A stretch of DNA of 64,000 nucleotides, taken from Camelus ferus. Taxonomy: Eukaryota. Below are positions 14,320 through 28,460 of this stretch, piece by piece. Below the pieces are notes generated by a model, which saw only the letters and a program-made list of their open reading frames with translations, did not search any database and had not been told where the DNA came from. The position numbers were made by a program, and so were the translations under genes. Each line of letters starts with the position of its first letter. Within the stretch, counting starts at the first letter, position 1. The stretch is taken from the NCBI RefSeq assembly GCF_009834535.1, contig NC_045696.1, positions 106,208,001-106,272,000 on the forward strand, read 5' to 3'.

Positions 14320-17167
14320 CTAAAACTCTGCTCCACTCACCCCCCAGCTAGTCCAGGGCACCAGGTGGGTCTGGGAGGCTTTCGGAGGGTTTCAGTGTCT
14401 CAGGGTCCACACAACCCCTCAGAACAATGTGCTCCACTGGCATCTCCAGGCCACGGGGGTGCTGCCACCTGGCCACTGGGCCCTCACAGGCCCAAGTCCT
14501 CACGGGCTGAGGTTCCCCCAACCCCAGTGTCCCCACATCCCCCACCATAGGGAGGATGGAGTGAACTCAGTCCATGGGTGAGGGGCAGGACTGACGCCTG
14601 GCCCACAGCTTCCGGAGTGGCAGCTAGAGGCAGAGAGGAGGAAGTGGCTTTATGTTTAAACTCTTATTCTCAGTCCTGGGGGCCTAGTCATATTTTCCTA
14701 GTGCTGGGCAGTCTCACCCGGCTGAGGAGAGCTTCGCAGCCCGAGGCAGGAGTCTGCATGCCCATCGGGAAAGTCACAATGGTATCACCCTCCTGGGGAG
14801 GGTCAGCTTCTGAACACTCTGGGGTTCCCCAAAGTGAGGCCCTCAGGCTCCCAAAGACTGGCAGGCTGCTATCCCCGATTCTGACTCAGCTGCCCCCTCG
14901 GCCCATGCCCAGGGGAGGGGCTCCATGTGAGCCCTCACCTCCTCACATCTCCTCCTGGGGCTGCTCAGGCTCCAGCCAGCACCACTCCCCAGCACCCCCC
15001 ACCAGACCCGCTTTCCCATCCACCTACACAGCTACTCTCTCATCTTCCTCCCCGACCAGCTCTGACATCCCTTCACCTCAAATCCTAGGCCAAGGCCTAA
15101 CAACCCTGCGCTCACGGCACATCTGCCTCAGTGGCCCGGCTCTGCCTCCTGCCTGGTCCCCCTCCACCGGCACTGCCTTCCCCCCACTCCAGCACTGTCA
15201 CCCCTCAGCCCCTCAGGCACAGTACCCCTCCTAGAAAGCTGGCCAGGGGAGCCCGAAGCTCTCCCCACCAACTGACCGTGGCACTGCAGGGCCCTCCCTG
15301 AGCTGCCCCTGGCATCCTGTCCCCTTCCTGCTCATGCAGCCTCTCAGCCTACTGATGCCGAGTACAGTGTTCTTGGGGACCGGAGTGGTACCCAATTCAT
15401 CAGGGCCCCACGGAGTCTGCCGATGAATGGTGTCCACCTCACGCCTTTCCACCTCTTCTCGGCCCATGAAAACATTCCCTTCCTGTTCCCCTAGCCTCCC
15501 GAAGACATCCCCTCTTCCCCGGCCTCCTACTTCCCAGTCTCCTTCCACTTAGCTGCCTTGCCTGTTTCTACAGAGCGCCAGCCAGGTGGCGGATGGCAGC
15601 CAGAGCGCTTTGCAGCCACTATTCCATTTGACTTGTCACCCAGAAGGCACTGTTAGCCCGAGGTCACTGGGGTTCCATGGTTGTCCAGGCCACGCATTTC
15701 CATCAAGTGACCACGTGCTCCTAGCTCAGCCACATGGCCACACTGCCTCCTCGTGGGAGCGGGTTCTCCCCTTCTCCCTTCAACTCTAGGAACAGGGACT
15801 TGTTTTACTGTCATGTTCCCCTCGCTCGGGTGGGCTCGGGGCTGCACCTCATCTTCCTCATCTTAGGGTCCCACTAGAGCCCTGGCACCTCCTTCTGCAG
15901 AGATGCTCCCGGTGTCCACTGCCTGCATTTCCAAAATGCAGGGCTGATGCTGGGAGCCAGTTGGGATTCTGCTGGGGGGTGGGGTGGGGGTAGTGTGGGC
16001 ATTGTGCCCATGGATCACATAGAGGAGTGGAGTGGTGGCCCACACAAGGGAGCCCCCTGGACATACCTGGGCCCCAGCTCAGCAGGAGGAGTGGTGATGA
16101 GGGTGTCCTTCCCTGCCACACACACTCCCAAAACGCTGAGCCCCCCGTAGCTCCCAGGGCCCAGCTCCTTGACCATCCGTGCTTCGGGCTGGGGGTGCCA
16201 CATCCCGGCCCCCAGAGCCTCCTGATGGCAGCAAGGCAAACGCTCTCATCCTGTCTTCCCTCCGAGATGGGTGTGTGGGTTCCCAGCCCGGAGTGGCTGT
16301 CTCACAGAACCCATGGCCTCACACCAGCCCAGGAGGTAAGTGGCCCAGGAGAAGGGCAGAGGTGGTGACAACCAGCAAAGGGAAGGCCTGGATGCCAGGG
16401 GCAGGCCTCCCTCTGCATCAGCAGTCCCCTGCCCATGAGACAGATACTTTTTGCCAGTGCTGAATGGCTCAACTCCAGCCTACACGTCCTGGCTGACCCA
16501 CCACCTCAACTGCTTTACTCTGCAGTAGCAGAAAAAGGGACTCGGGAGACAAAAGGACATCCCACATTCACATATTGGCAGAGGCCAGGTCGATAAATGA
16601 GAGAGGGGATGGGAACATGCAATAGGGAGCAGAGGGGCCTGTGGTAAACGGGAGGCCACTGTCACCTCCACCAACTGACTGTTGCAGTAGGAGCATATCT
16701 GCAATAGGGTTGCCAGAGTCTAAATTTTTAGAGTAGACAGAAATCTGAATTTTTATGTGAAACTGATTTTTTAAATGTTGGCTACAAAGTAAAAAGTTTT
16801 ATAAAATTATATAAGCCAAAAAAACCACCCCCTCTGGGGGTACCTAACCCATAAGGATACCTGCTGCCACCCTGGCCACCTTGAGCATGGGTGCGGCACC
16901 CACGTGACACCACTCAGCATCAAGGGGTGTGGCTGCTCCAAGGCAGACAACCCTCTGCACAGCCTTGGCCTGGCCTGGCTTTGGCCACAGAGGCTTAAGG
17001 TTAAAAGAAGTGGAAGTGACTCTGAGGAACAGCAGCAGGGGTTACTCAGCCTGGAGACTCCCCAGTCTAGTCTTTAGTGGGAGAGGGAGGGCACACAGCC
17101 CATCTGAGGAGCACAGCAGAGCCCGGGGAGGACAGGGCAGAAGGGCTGGTTCAAAGATGACCACAGC

Positions 17168-17795
17168 TTTGGGCATATATCCAGATAAAACTATAACTCG
17201 AAAAGATACATGCACCCCAATGTTCACAGCAGCACTATTTACAATAATCAAGACATGGAAACAATCTAAATGTCCATTGACAGATGAATGGATAAAGAAG
17301 ATGGATATATATACACAATGAAATATTACTCAGTCATTAAAAAAGAATGAAATAATGCCATTTGCAGCAACATGGATGGACCTAGAGATTATCATATTAA
17401 GTGAAGTAAGTCAGACAGAGAAAGGTAAATATCATATGGTATGTCATATGTGGAATCTAAAAAGAAGACACAATTGAGCTTATTACAAACCAGAAATAGA
17501 CTCACAGACATAGAAAAAACCTATGGTTACCTAAGAGGAAAGAGATGGATGGAGGGATAAATTAGGAGTTTGGGATTAACATATACATACTATTATATAC
17601 AAAACAGATAAACATTAAGGATCTATTGTATCACACAGGGAACTATATTAAATATCTTGTAATAACCTACAACTGGAAAAGAATCTGCAAAAGAATACAT
17701 ATATGTACAAGTATAACTGAATCCCTATGCTGCACACCTGAAACGAATCCAAAATTGTAAATCAACTATACTTCAACTTAAAAAAGGGGAAAAAA
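17168..17795 (+). mobile_element. 5'-truncated L1 (ORF2 C-terminus plus 3'UTR)
   Basis: Encodes [44 protein letters not shown]; diverged TSD aaagatgaccacagcttt / aaaaatgactactgcttt. Confidence 0.9.
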
Positions 17796-18524
17796 TGACT
17801 ACTGCTTTGTTTCCCCCATTGATACTCAAAATGTTAAGCATCATAAAGGAAAAATGTGAAAAATCTTATGTTGGACCAGTAATGAGAAAGAAACAGGATC
17901 TAGGCCCTCCCTGGAGGTGAGGAGAGGCGAGCCAATCCCCATTCTCAAAGAGTAAGCCGACTGCAGAGAGAAAGTCTGGAGCAAAATAAAAGGGAAACTT
18001 CCTGAACACGAGTCAGGCATGGCAATGAGCAGCCCGGGAGGTGGGGGGTTTTCCTTGGCAAACAGAAAGCCCAGGGAAGTGGAACCAGGGGGGAAGGTCC
18101 AGCCTCCTGGCTCGTGGTGGGGCTGAACCGGGCTGGAGGCAGGGAGGGGCAGCTTCTCAGGGTCCCTTCCAAAGTCCAGATTTTAAGCTCACTCAGCTGA
18201 AGGGCAGGAGGCCACTTTTCACATCTCTCTCCCCACGCGCTAAATACAGCTGCTGCATCCTTCCTGCTCTCCTAGCCAGCTCGGCCAGACAGGGAGCCCT
18301 GGGTGGGGAGGGGGCACAGGGCAGAGCACACAGACCTGCTCCGTTCCCAGGGGGCAAAGGGGCAGGAGAAGGCACCACTGGCTGGGGCGGGGGATGGGGG
18401 TGGTCTCCCACCTCTCTTTTTCCTACATGCAGCACTTTGATAAAAAGTCATGAATCAAAGCATTTACCCCTCTGCTAGGTGCATGACCTTATGCAAATTG
18501 CTCAACCCATACGTGGTTTTCTTT

Positions 18525-18618
18525 AAAAAAATTTTTAATGGAGGTACAGGGGATTGAACCTAGGACCTTGTACATATTAAGCATGTGCTCTACCCCTGAG
18601 CTATACCCAGCCTCCCCC
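18525..18618 (-). mobile_element. tRNA-derived SINE
   Basis: ggggattgaacctaggacc ... ctgagctataccc. Confidence 0.85.
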
Positions 18619-21600
18619 GAAACCTATCTGTCTCAGTTTCCTCACCTATCAACAGCAGTATCCGCCTCACAGGGTTGTTCTGAGGACAGAATGTGCTAAT
18701 ATACATGAGTGCCTGGAACAGTGCCTGGCACAGAAAGTGTTTGCTATTATTACTGTCATCGTCTTCATCATCATCATCAATATGTCGTGGGAACTCTTGC
18801 CAGTGCCCCCTCCACCAAACTGCACAGAAAGGAGCCTGGGGTCACATGGAGGCTGCTTTCCAGGCTGCCCCAAAGCACTCAGGACAGGGGAGGAGGACCC
18901 CTCAGAATCACCTCCTTCAGCGCACGAGGCTCTCAGTGCAGCCCACTCTGCAGAGAGGACCTCACCACTCAGCTGGACTGAAGGGTCACTGCTTCTGCTG
19001 CTGGGCCATCCCAGGGTTCAGCAAGGAAGCATATTTTATTCCTGGTGACCGGAGGATCACAACCCACAATCTGTGCTGGCTTGTTTCAGGGGTGCAAAGA
19101 AAGGGGGAAGTTGCCGAATGACATCCCACCCTATAGCTCATCTGATAGGGACGAGCCCAGAGGGTAAAGCTGAAGGCAGGGCAGATGTGAGGAGCATGGA
19201 AATGAGCCCAACGGGCCCAGTTTTGCATCTTGGCTGTGCCACTTCCTAGCTCTGTGACCTTGGACAAATTATGTATGAACCTCTCTGTGCAAAACTATTG
19301 TTGGTGGGTGGGTAGCAGCAACCAGCTGGAGGTGCAAGCAGGCTGAGCCGGGTGGCCGGGGCTGATAAGTAGCATGCCAGCTTATCACGTCCTGACCGTG
19401 TGCCAAGCACTTACCTATACTCCCCTGATCTGACTCCCGTTGGACTAGGTGAGGTCATTGCTCTGCTATCCCAAGACACCCAGCTGTCTGGACAGTACTT
19501 GGCATGCTGCACTGAGTTGCTTAATTGTCCATGACGTAATGTGTCTTCCCCACTAGACTGCCAGCTCCAGGAGGGCAGGGCCTGTCCTCTTGTTTTATTC
19601 TCCACTGCATCTCCGGAGCCCAGGACAAGTCTGGCACCCAGAAGATGCTCAGTAAATATCCTGACCTACATCCGCTCTAATCCTCACAGCTACTCTGCAA
19701 ACTGTTTGTTCTAATACGAAGGAAAAAAGAATTAGCACTTGGGTTTGTTCTGATCATTGGGAAAGGACTGACTTCAGACTTTGACCTGGCTCAGAACAGT
19801 GACAGTGACAATCCCATAGCTCCTGCTGTGGTTCCTAAGGAAGGTCAAGGCGCAGGACTGGAGTGCATATCTCTTGCTCAGATGAGCTCTTCAATGGCTC
19901 TTTTCACGGGTAAAAGGGTAGGTTTACAACCTGGTCTACATGTCATTACTCCTCTGTAGTCAAAAGTAATGGAAATTTGGAGTTTTCAGAAGTTCTGGAG
20001 GAAAGTGTCCAGGAAAACTAGGCCCTGGAAAATGGCAGTAAACTAGGCTTGAGGAGACAGAGAGCCGGGGAGAAAGTCTCCCAGGGAGTGAGCAGGCAAG
20101 GGAAGGGTGTCTGATGCCCAGTTTTAACTCCTACCCCATTCTGAGCCATGGGCAGCTCCCTCTTCACCAAGGGTATAGGCCCTTGGTGAAGCCTGGTACA
20201 TACAACAGCCATGGCTCAGTGGGGCTTGGGGAATGAGGAAGCCACGCCTATTGTACCCTGCAGTGTGGCCGCCAAGCCTGGAATCCAGATGGCCAGCAGG
20301 CATGGTCTCTACCCTGCAATCTCCAGAAGCACTGGGCTTCTGGAGTTTCCATCAATGCTTGGGTAATCTTAAAAAAAAAAAAAAAAAGATACACTCAGAG
20401 AACTTCCACAAGGAGAAAATTTAGAGGGAAGAAAGAAATATTGGGGAGAGCATCTCCTCATTTTCACATATGTGGTATGAGGATCTGATCCAGCATAACT
20501 GGACTAGAGAAGAAAGGGGGAGAGGGTGGCTGGGACCTCTGTGCTACTGCAGTACTGTCCCCTATGACAGCCACAGCAAAGGAGGCCCATGGCAGAGGGG
20601 GGACTTGCCCAAGGTCACACAAGGACAGATGGGGGCAGAACCTGGAGCAGGAGGTCTATGCCCTTTCCACGCTCCTGTGGGTCTTCCGGGGAAGAGAGGA
20701 AGGACTGAGGTTGCCCTCGATTGCTGGTGGTCCCGGACCTTTGCTGGGGACCCTGCCCGGGGCCCTCTCCTTCCTCTTTCCACACAGGCTCTCCCAGCCT
20801 CCACCCAGCTTTCCTACTCACTCACACCAACCCTAAGTAGAAAAAAGCCCCTGTATGGTTATTTTGTTGACATGCCAAGTGACCTGCTCCTGCTCCCCCT
20901 CCGTCCCTCCAGCCGTCCCCAGTTTCAGCCCAGAAGTAAAACAAAGGCTTTGTTTCTTTATTTTGATTTCCTCCTTAAAATCTCAAACATGCAGGAAACA
21001 CCCACCCAGCCCCAGATAAGTGGACTCGGGCCACTGGCCACAACGGGTGGGTGGGGCTGGGGGGGTCACCGAGTGGGGGTGGCTGGGGAGGCTCCCATGC
21101 CAGCTGACCTTAGCTCCTGGAGCACCAGCAGGGCACCCAGGGCCTGGCTTCCTTGGCGGGAAGAGAATGGGTGTGCGGAGCATGTGATGAGCGCTGGGCC
21201 TTCCTGGCTCTGCTGCCTGGGGACTCTCAACCTGAGGAATGTGGGTGTGGAGGGACAGCGGAGAAGGCATATCTCATAGAAGTTATTTTTTAATATATGC
21301 CCCCAAGGCTCTGGGACAGTGGCTCCACCCTTTCCCATCATCTCCGGTTACAATAAAGCAGGCATTGAAAGAAGAACAGGATGGATGCTGTTCTGAGCTG
21401 CTGAGCCTCCTTGTAAGAGAATGGTACTCGCCAGGAAAGATGGGTTTGCCTCTGTCTCTTCTTTGGGACCTCCATTTCCAGTGGAACAAAAATATAAAGG
21501 GGTGAATCTGTGGGTCATCTAAAAAGGGGACTTTTCAAGAAGGGGTTGAAGTTCTCAAGGATAAAAAGAAAAGAAAAGAAAAGGGAAAAAAAAAACCCTG

Positions 21601-23030
21601 AACTGAGTTAAAATGAATTTTGGTTTTGAAATGAATACATAATGCTTTGGGGTCCCCAGACCCCCCTCTCCAAAATGGTCAGTCCTAAGGAGTGGGTGGG
21701 TCTTCCCAACTCTACACACCTTCAGCCGTCTCCACACAGCTCCACGTGCCTACAGATATTTTTACTTTTATTCTGGGCAGTTGAGATAGTAGGGACAGCC
21801 TAACATGCAGTATGTATAGCAGATTCTTTTTAAACCAAAACTTTTCTTTAAAAAGTAGGCAGTCAACATGACATGTGTGTGTAATTTCTGCATAAACAAA
21901 CAGGAATTGGTTTATAATATGCTTAACTGCCTTCACTGGCACAGTCTCTGATCATTTCTATTGCAAGACAAACCCCAACAAAGCAGATCCTCCTGAGGTC
22001 TTTGGGCTCCCAGCCCTTGCCAGCTTCCGCACCATCTCCATCGATTCAGGGAAAAGGACACCGACGTTATCCTTTGTCGGCAACTCGGGGACAGTAAGCA
22101 CTTTGACTTGTTCTCACCATTTAGTAAAGAGGACTTGGGGACTGCCTCAGGTACCTGCATTCTATTACGAAACTAGTTCAAAGCTGTCCCCAACAGTGGC
22201 TCCCTGAAAATGGAATCTGCCCAAGTACGCATGGCTTTTCCAGGAGGTTTTTTATCTTTTCCGCACAGCTTTAAAAGCGGTGCTTTGCTAGCTGTCCTCA
22301 CTCAAGCCCAAGCTACATGCAAATGGGCCACATCAGGCTCCAGCGTGGGACTCAGTCAGGGGGTGGGAAGGAAGAGGCTCCAAACAGTTGGGTGAGAAAC
22401 CGGCTCCTGCCTCCTGTCAGCATGAAGAGCCTTCCTCCTCTGCAACTGGAGAGCTTGGCAGAGAGGAGGACCCGGGACCAGGCACCTGGGACACCTTCTG
22501 CCAGAGAAAGCCGAGGAAAGGGAGAGCTGGCAAGGCCACGTTAGGGTTAGAGAGGTCCTGCACTGGACTCTGCCCTTCCTTCCTTCAATGTCATTCTGTA
22601 CTTTAGAACACAAAATGCTATTTTGCTCAAGATCATTGAAGATGAGCTGCTTAGCAAATTGTTGTCCTCTAATTATAAAAAGAAAATCATGTTTCTTCTC
22701 TCTCTTTTCCAAATACATACATTTGCCATTTAAGGTACAGTTCAGTTCTGTACACTCCACAGAAGGGCCTGAACCCACAGTGATCAAGCAGGTGTGTGTG
22801 CGGGTGGAGGTCCTTTTTGAAAAAGGTTAAATCCACAGACGTACACTCATCCCTTCCCAGTGTGGGCTCAGGAAGCAAAAGCATCTATCATCAACCCAAA
22901 TGGAGACCCAGGTGGCATTGTCTTTGAATTCCCTGGGGATGTGGAGTTAAAGAAGCAAGGACATGGAAACTCAGGCACGAGGCTCCAGAAGCCGGCTGGA
23001 GGCTGAGGGCAGGCCCAGCCAGCCAGGCCC

Positions 23031-23166
23031 CATGAGGAGGGTAGTCTGAAGCTCCACCTAGCATGGGAAGGATCCTGCAAAGCCCTGCCCACCATGGGAG
23101 GATAGTCTGAAGCCCTGCCTACCATGGGAAGGCTGGCCTGAAGCCCTGCCCAGCATGGGAAGGATC
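23031..23166. repeat. Minisatellite, ~31-bp unit x ~4.4
   Basis: Units approximate catgggaagg(a)tagtctgaagccctgcc(c/t)a(c/g). Confidence 0.85.
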
Positions 23167-26100
23167 AAGTGCCAACAAAAGGGCCACATCTGCTCATTGG
23201 GGTAATGGGTACATGGTGTTTGTTATATATTATCCTTTATATTGCTGTTCTTTACAGTTTTCAAAATTAAAAAATATACCAAATGCATGAATGATGGAGG
23301 GGTTCCTGGTTGACTATGAGACTGATGAGAGTTGGGGAAAACCATTGTCCCACCTAGGCTCCCTCTTGTCAACAGCAGCGCCTGCCCTTCCATGACTTCT
23401 GCTGCCTCCCGAAGTCTCTGAGCGTGAGCTGCCCTGTCCCCTCTCATGAGGCCTTCCCTCCAATGCATCACTGATTACCTGTGGTCAGACCCCCGGTGGG
23501 CTGTGTCTCACAGCACCAGGCGAGAAGGGACGGCTCACTTTGGTCACCAGTTCTGGGAGCAGCACCATTTAGCAGATGGAGCATGTGCTCCAGGACCAGA
23601 CAGATCTTGGTCAGACTCCTCCCAGGCTCTGCTTCCTTCAGGCCATGGCTGTAAGGAGCCTACTTAGCCACCCTGAGCCCCAGTTTCCACATCTGCAAAG
23701 GACTAACAGTAAAACCGCTGTGAGGCTTAGAGATGGCGAATGCAGTGTGTCTAGCCCAGTCCAGCCCACAAGTCTTCACTGAAGGAAGGGAGGGAAGAGA
23801 AGGGAGAGAGGGAGGGAGGAAGGGAGGATGGGCATCTAGACGTCTAGACACGTCACCTGAGCAGCAGTTGGGAGAAAGCAGAGCTGCTCGTGTTGGAGAG
23901 AAGCATGCTTATCAAGGTTCATGCGGGACAGGTTAAGGGGGGAAGGAAAGAGCTTTCCAAGGATGAACCAAATAGGGTGGACTGATTTCAGGGGCAGTAG
24001 GCTCCCTGTCTCCAGAAGGGTCCAGCTAAGCCCCACCCCTCATAGGCTGCGCGGGAGGGACCTCCTGTTGAAAGTTTCCTAGTCTTTATTCAAGGGGTCA
24101 TTTTCCTATTTGGGCCATATTTGCCTACTACTGAACTATTACTGGCTTAATCTTTGCCTTCAAAATCACCACACTTTTTCACTTAAAATCTTTATTTAGT
24201 CTTAATCTGAGCAAAATATTCATAAGAAAAACCCAGGTTTGACACAATGCCCGTAGTTTTATAATACGTATAAATAAGTATATAACCATTAAAATGTGTC
24301 CCACCTAAAACCATCTCCCTCACCACCCTGAGAAAGGCACTCTCCTGTGTCTGAATTGAGACCCAGGAGACCTTGGACCCCAGGCCAAGAGGGCCAGGGG
24401 TGGAGTCTCAGAATGCTCCAGGGGCCCCTTCCAGGTCTCTGATTCTGTTATCTGAAGGTAGCTTGAATGACAATAATGCTTTTAAATCTCACAGCCCTTT
24501 TTGGTCTTCCAAACTTGTTCTTATCTGTGTATTTCATCTGATCCCCATGACAACACTGAGGGCGGGGCAGGGAAGTCACACAGGGAGCCTGGGCCCCTGC
24601 AGCACCCGTCACACCCAAGGCCCTATTTATGGTCACAGAGGACCCGAACAGAGCACAGAACCCTCCGTCCCCTCTCCCTCCGCTATTGCCATATGCTGCA
24701 CAGCCAAATCCCTTCCTGGTATGCTCCAGAATCTCACTAGCAGCACAACCCAGATCCAAATCACGTTTTATCCATCTAGGTGGCCAGAGGCCAGGCTCTG
24801 TAGAAAATATGTCCCTCTGAGGCCCAGAATGTCACCTCACAACCAGCGGTGACATATACTGCCATCTGGCCATCAGCAGACCCCACCTAGTAAAGCCATC
24901 AAGAATACTAGAGGACAATGATGGAGACGTTAAAAAGCTAAATACCCCATGCTACTTCACGACCCCTACACGGGGTGGGCTGTAGAAAGCTGTCTTGGAT
25001 CATGCTAACCAGCTAACAGGCCGGAGGACTCAAGTGGTGGGTGCCAGGCCAAGAGGGACAGGGGTGGAGTCTCAGAACAGGCGGGACCAGCCTCATTCCA
25101 AGCAGTAGGAATGCTACGTAGAAGACTGGAGATGGGCACCAAGGATACATGGCAGGTACCAACGAGTGCAATGTGGCTGCCACCTCGGCCTCAACGGCGT
25201 CCTCTGCCCTCTGAAGCAGGAGGTGGCAGCACTGCCCTCTTGGTCAGAGGTCTACAAGACAGATTTCAAACTCATAGGCTGAGAACCGACACCCTTTCCA
25301 CTCTCACTCCTGACACCAGCTCTACCACAACAGCACACTGGTCTGGCTGCAAAGACAGAACCCCAGAGTAGTCCCTCAGTAAACGTTAGTAGAGCCGGGG
25401 ATCTACCCTGGGATCCAGGGCTCATTTTCAGAGATCCAAGAATCTCCCAAATTGCTTACCCAACTTTATACATCCAAGTAACTTTTCTCTGGGTCTCTCA
25501 CTAGCATATTAAAGAGGCGGTAGCCCAAGGAGGTAAAAACCATTGCTCTAAACACAGCCTTCTTGGCTGCCTGTCCTAAGCAAGAGTATGTTGGAGGTGG
25601 CACTCATATTCCATCCCTGTGTACACAGACTTCACAAGAGCTGAGAGCATCTTTGGGAGATCAAAGCCCTGCTTAATCCACTGTTGCCTGGGTTTTATTA
25701 TCTGCAGCTGAAAGCATCCCCACTGATCCAGTACCACAGAGCCCAGTGGCATCACCCAAGACTGTGACAAGTGGCAAGGCCTCAGAGTCCATCCATAAAG
25801 TTCCTCTCAAAGCTTGACTTCTCTGCTGAGTCTCTAGACCATGCATGGCTGCTGGATGCCCAGGGCACAGGGAACTCACCCACCTCCTTCCTTTCTCCCA
25901 TGCCCAGTCAAAGGTAACTGTACCTTCAAGCCTGCCAGATGCCTGCCCCAGGCCTGGCAGGTACAGAGCCTCTGGAATGCACCACACTCTTTGGACACTT
26001 GAGAATGTGTTCCCAATTAGTTCACACAAAAACGGTTTGTGCAAACTACACGATGCTCATGAGCAGGTATGTTTTCAATTGCTTGCAAGGAGGCCCCCTC

Positions 26101-28238
26101 CCTTTGGAGGCATTTCATTAGTAGACAATGATGACACCAGATGTGAAATAGAAAACGGATGTCACATTTCCCCCAGAAGTCACTTAATCCAGCAGGCTGG
26201 CCAACATGCAATTCAGACAGATGTTAGGACCAGGAGCTAGTTCAGTCCATCAGAGCCCTGCAGTCCTCCCTGGTTCCAGGTGGTCACTCAAGCTCAAGAA
26301 CCAACCCCAGGGATAACAGACTTGTCACCTTATAAGCAGCTCAGATCAACTGAAAGTGTGAAATACCTGTGGTGAGAGGTAATAAAAGTTACACCTGTCA
26401 CAAAGATGTCTTAGGTAGGTGAAAACATAAGTTGTGGCAAGGACAAACAGAGCTGGCAGCCCTGGAAAACTGTCACTTGCCTCACAAGGGTTCAGCAGAG
26501 GGCCTTGACACCACCCCAATAAGGAAATGTTGAGGCCACCAGAAGAGGGGGCAGTTTCTATCAGAGTACCTGGCTTACTCAATCCCTACCCCCACCAAAG
26601 AGGCTGACAGACCCTGCAGCCTTGGAAACCCCACAGCATCAAAGCCCCATGCCTCCTAACCTGGCAGAGAAGGGACAAACTACACTATAAACCACAGACA
26701 GGAAAGCTAACTGGCTGCGGGAAGAGAAAGCAGGCTGAGGGTGAAAACCATGGCTTGAAACATTTTCAGCCCTAGTCAGCAGGGACATGCGATTTATAGG
26801 AAACTAGGAGACTTACAAAAATGTTAGCCAGCTCAAGTTTCTTCCCTGGGAAGAGAAGCAGAAGAAACTCCTAAGAACTGTCTGGGTGAAAGTGTTTTGT
26901 TCACTGCAAAGCCCCTGACACGTGTCAGTTAATTAGCACCAGCAGCTCCCCACCCCGCACTTCAACCAACCAGTGAAAGGCAACAGAGCCAAAGCCCAAC
27001 ACAGGCTGCACCTGGAGCCTTCAAGCACAGGACAGCCCCTCCCTCATGAGAGGGACCTGACCAGCCACAGGGTCTACAGCATGGACTCTCATGATCTTGG
27101 GCAACTTATGGACTCTTTCTCGCCCCTGTTCCCCATCTGCATATGGGGGTAATAATAAATCCCTTCTGGAGGCATCTCCTCCAACGATGACACCCACGGC
27201 AAGTGCCTGATCTGTTAACCCCTGCTGGCTGCTCTTATTACAGTGGGGCTACAGGGCTTTCAAGTCAGATTTCCTTGTCAGTCCTGGTGCCAGGGAGGTC
27301 ACTCTTGAGATCACCATTCGGAGCCTTGTCAGTCCGCTTCTCTGGTCAGGTCCAGGACAGAGGGTGAGTTCTAGAGGGGCAAGAACCATTCTATCCCAAG
27401 GAAGCTGGCGAAGAGGAGGGACCCGTGGGGGAGGAGGGGCAATCCCAGAGCTCAGGGATCAGGGCCCAGATGAAGTGGCCCTTGTCCACCTCTTCAGACT
27501 CGGCTCTGGCCCTGGCCAACACAGACCTCCGTTTCGGCCACAGAGTCTAATTGCGTGTTCAGTGCCCATGCTCCTGCCAGGCATCACCTCCTCTAGGAGG
27601 CCTTCCCTGACCTTCCACTCTGTCTGCTCCAACAATGCGCTTCCCTGATCTCAGTACTGGGACCACGCTGGGCTGTCGCTTACTTTGCACCCCTACCTTC
27701 CGAGGCGCAGGAACTGGCACTGTGCCCCACACACGGTGGGCGTCCCTGCCGGGTCCGGTCAATGAATGAACCGGGCCCCAGTTGTGACCAGAGCCCCGAG
27801 CCCTTGGCGCAGTGAAGGGTTGTTTATCAAGAAAGCACCTTTTGGTCATTAAGAAGAATTTGACAACTCTGATGGAGGATCCCCGCCCTCGTTAACGCCA
27901 TTTTAAAAGGAGAACGAACCCCCCCACCCCACGTCCACCAGAATCCCGCCTCCCACCTCCCCTTGGGTTCTCGCCAGGGCAGACAAGGAACGCAAGGGCG
28001 GTTACCATGAAAGGGGCTCTTTGGGCGGTAGGCAGGTCCTTCCGACCGGGGTCTCGCTCCTGGCCGATTTCTCGATCGCACACCGTTACGCGGTCGGGGC
28101 CAAAGGCCGCTTACCGCCAACCCCGGAGCTCAGTCCACCCGCGGCGAGCGCGGCCGGGCCCGGGACGGCCACACCTCCCGCCCGGAACAAAGCGCCCGGC
28201 TGGGCCCCCTCCCCTCCCAGGCTGCCCCGACCGCTCAC

Positions 28239-28380
28239 CGCGCGCTCCAGCCCGGCTCGGCTCCGGCCTCAGGCCGTCTCCTCCATGCCCGCGCTGGCCA
28301 GAAGGCAGCTCCGCGCCCGCCGGGCCCTGCGGCAGCCGGACTGACGGCTCCCCGCCCGCGGCCCGCCGGCCGCTCTGGCC
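28239..28380 (-). other. MRAS: MRAS non-coding first exon (5' boundary approximate)
   Basis: Lies in the CpG island. Minus-strand donor GAGCGCGCG|gtgagc at 28239/28238 would join to GTCTGA of the coding exon, which agrees with my recollection of the MRAS 5'UTR. The TSS cannot be fixed from sequence. Confidence 0.7.
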
Positions 28381-28460
28381 GTCCCCGCCCCGGCGCCTCC
28401 TTAAAGCGACCGCGCGGCCCGCGCGCGGCCCGCGCGCGCCCCGAGCGCCCGGCGCGCCGC

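Noticed and set aside
20470..21279. 269-aa plus-strand ORF, the longest in the track
   Set aside because: No recognisable domain, low-complexity G/P/L/S composition, non-ATG start (GTG), antisense in a GC-rich intron; consistent with chance.
23835..23848. Perfect 14-bp palindrome TCTAGACGTCTAGA
   Set aside because: A few palindromes of this length are expected by chance in 64 kb.
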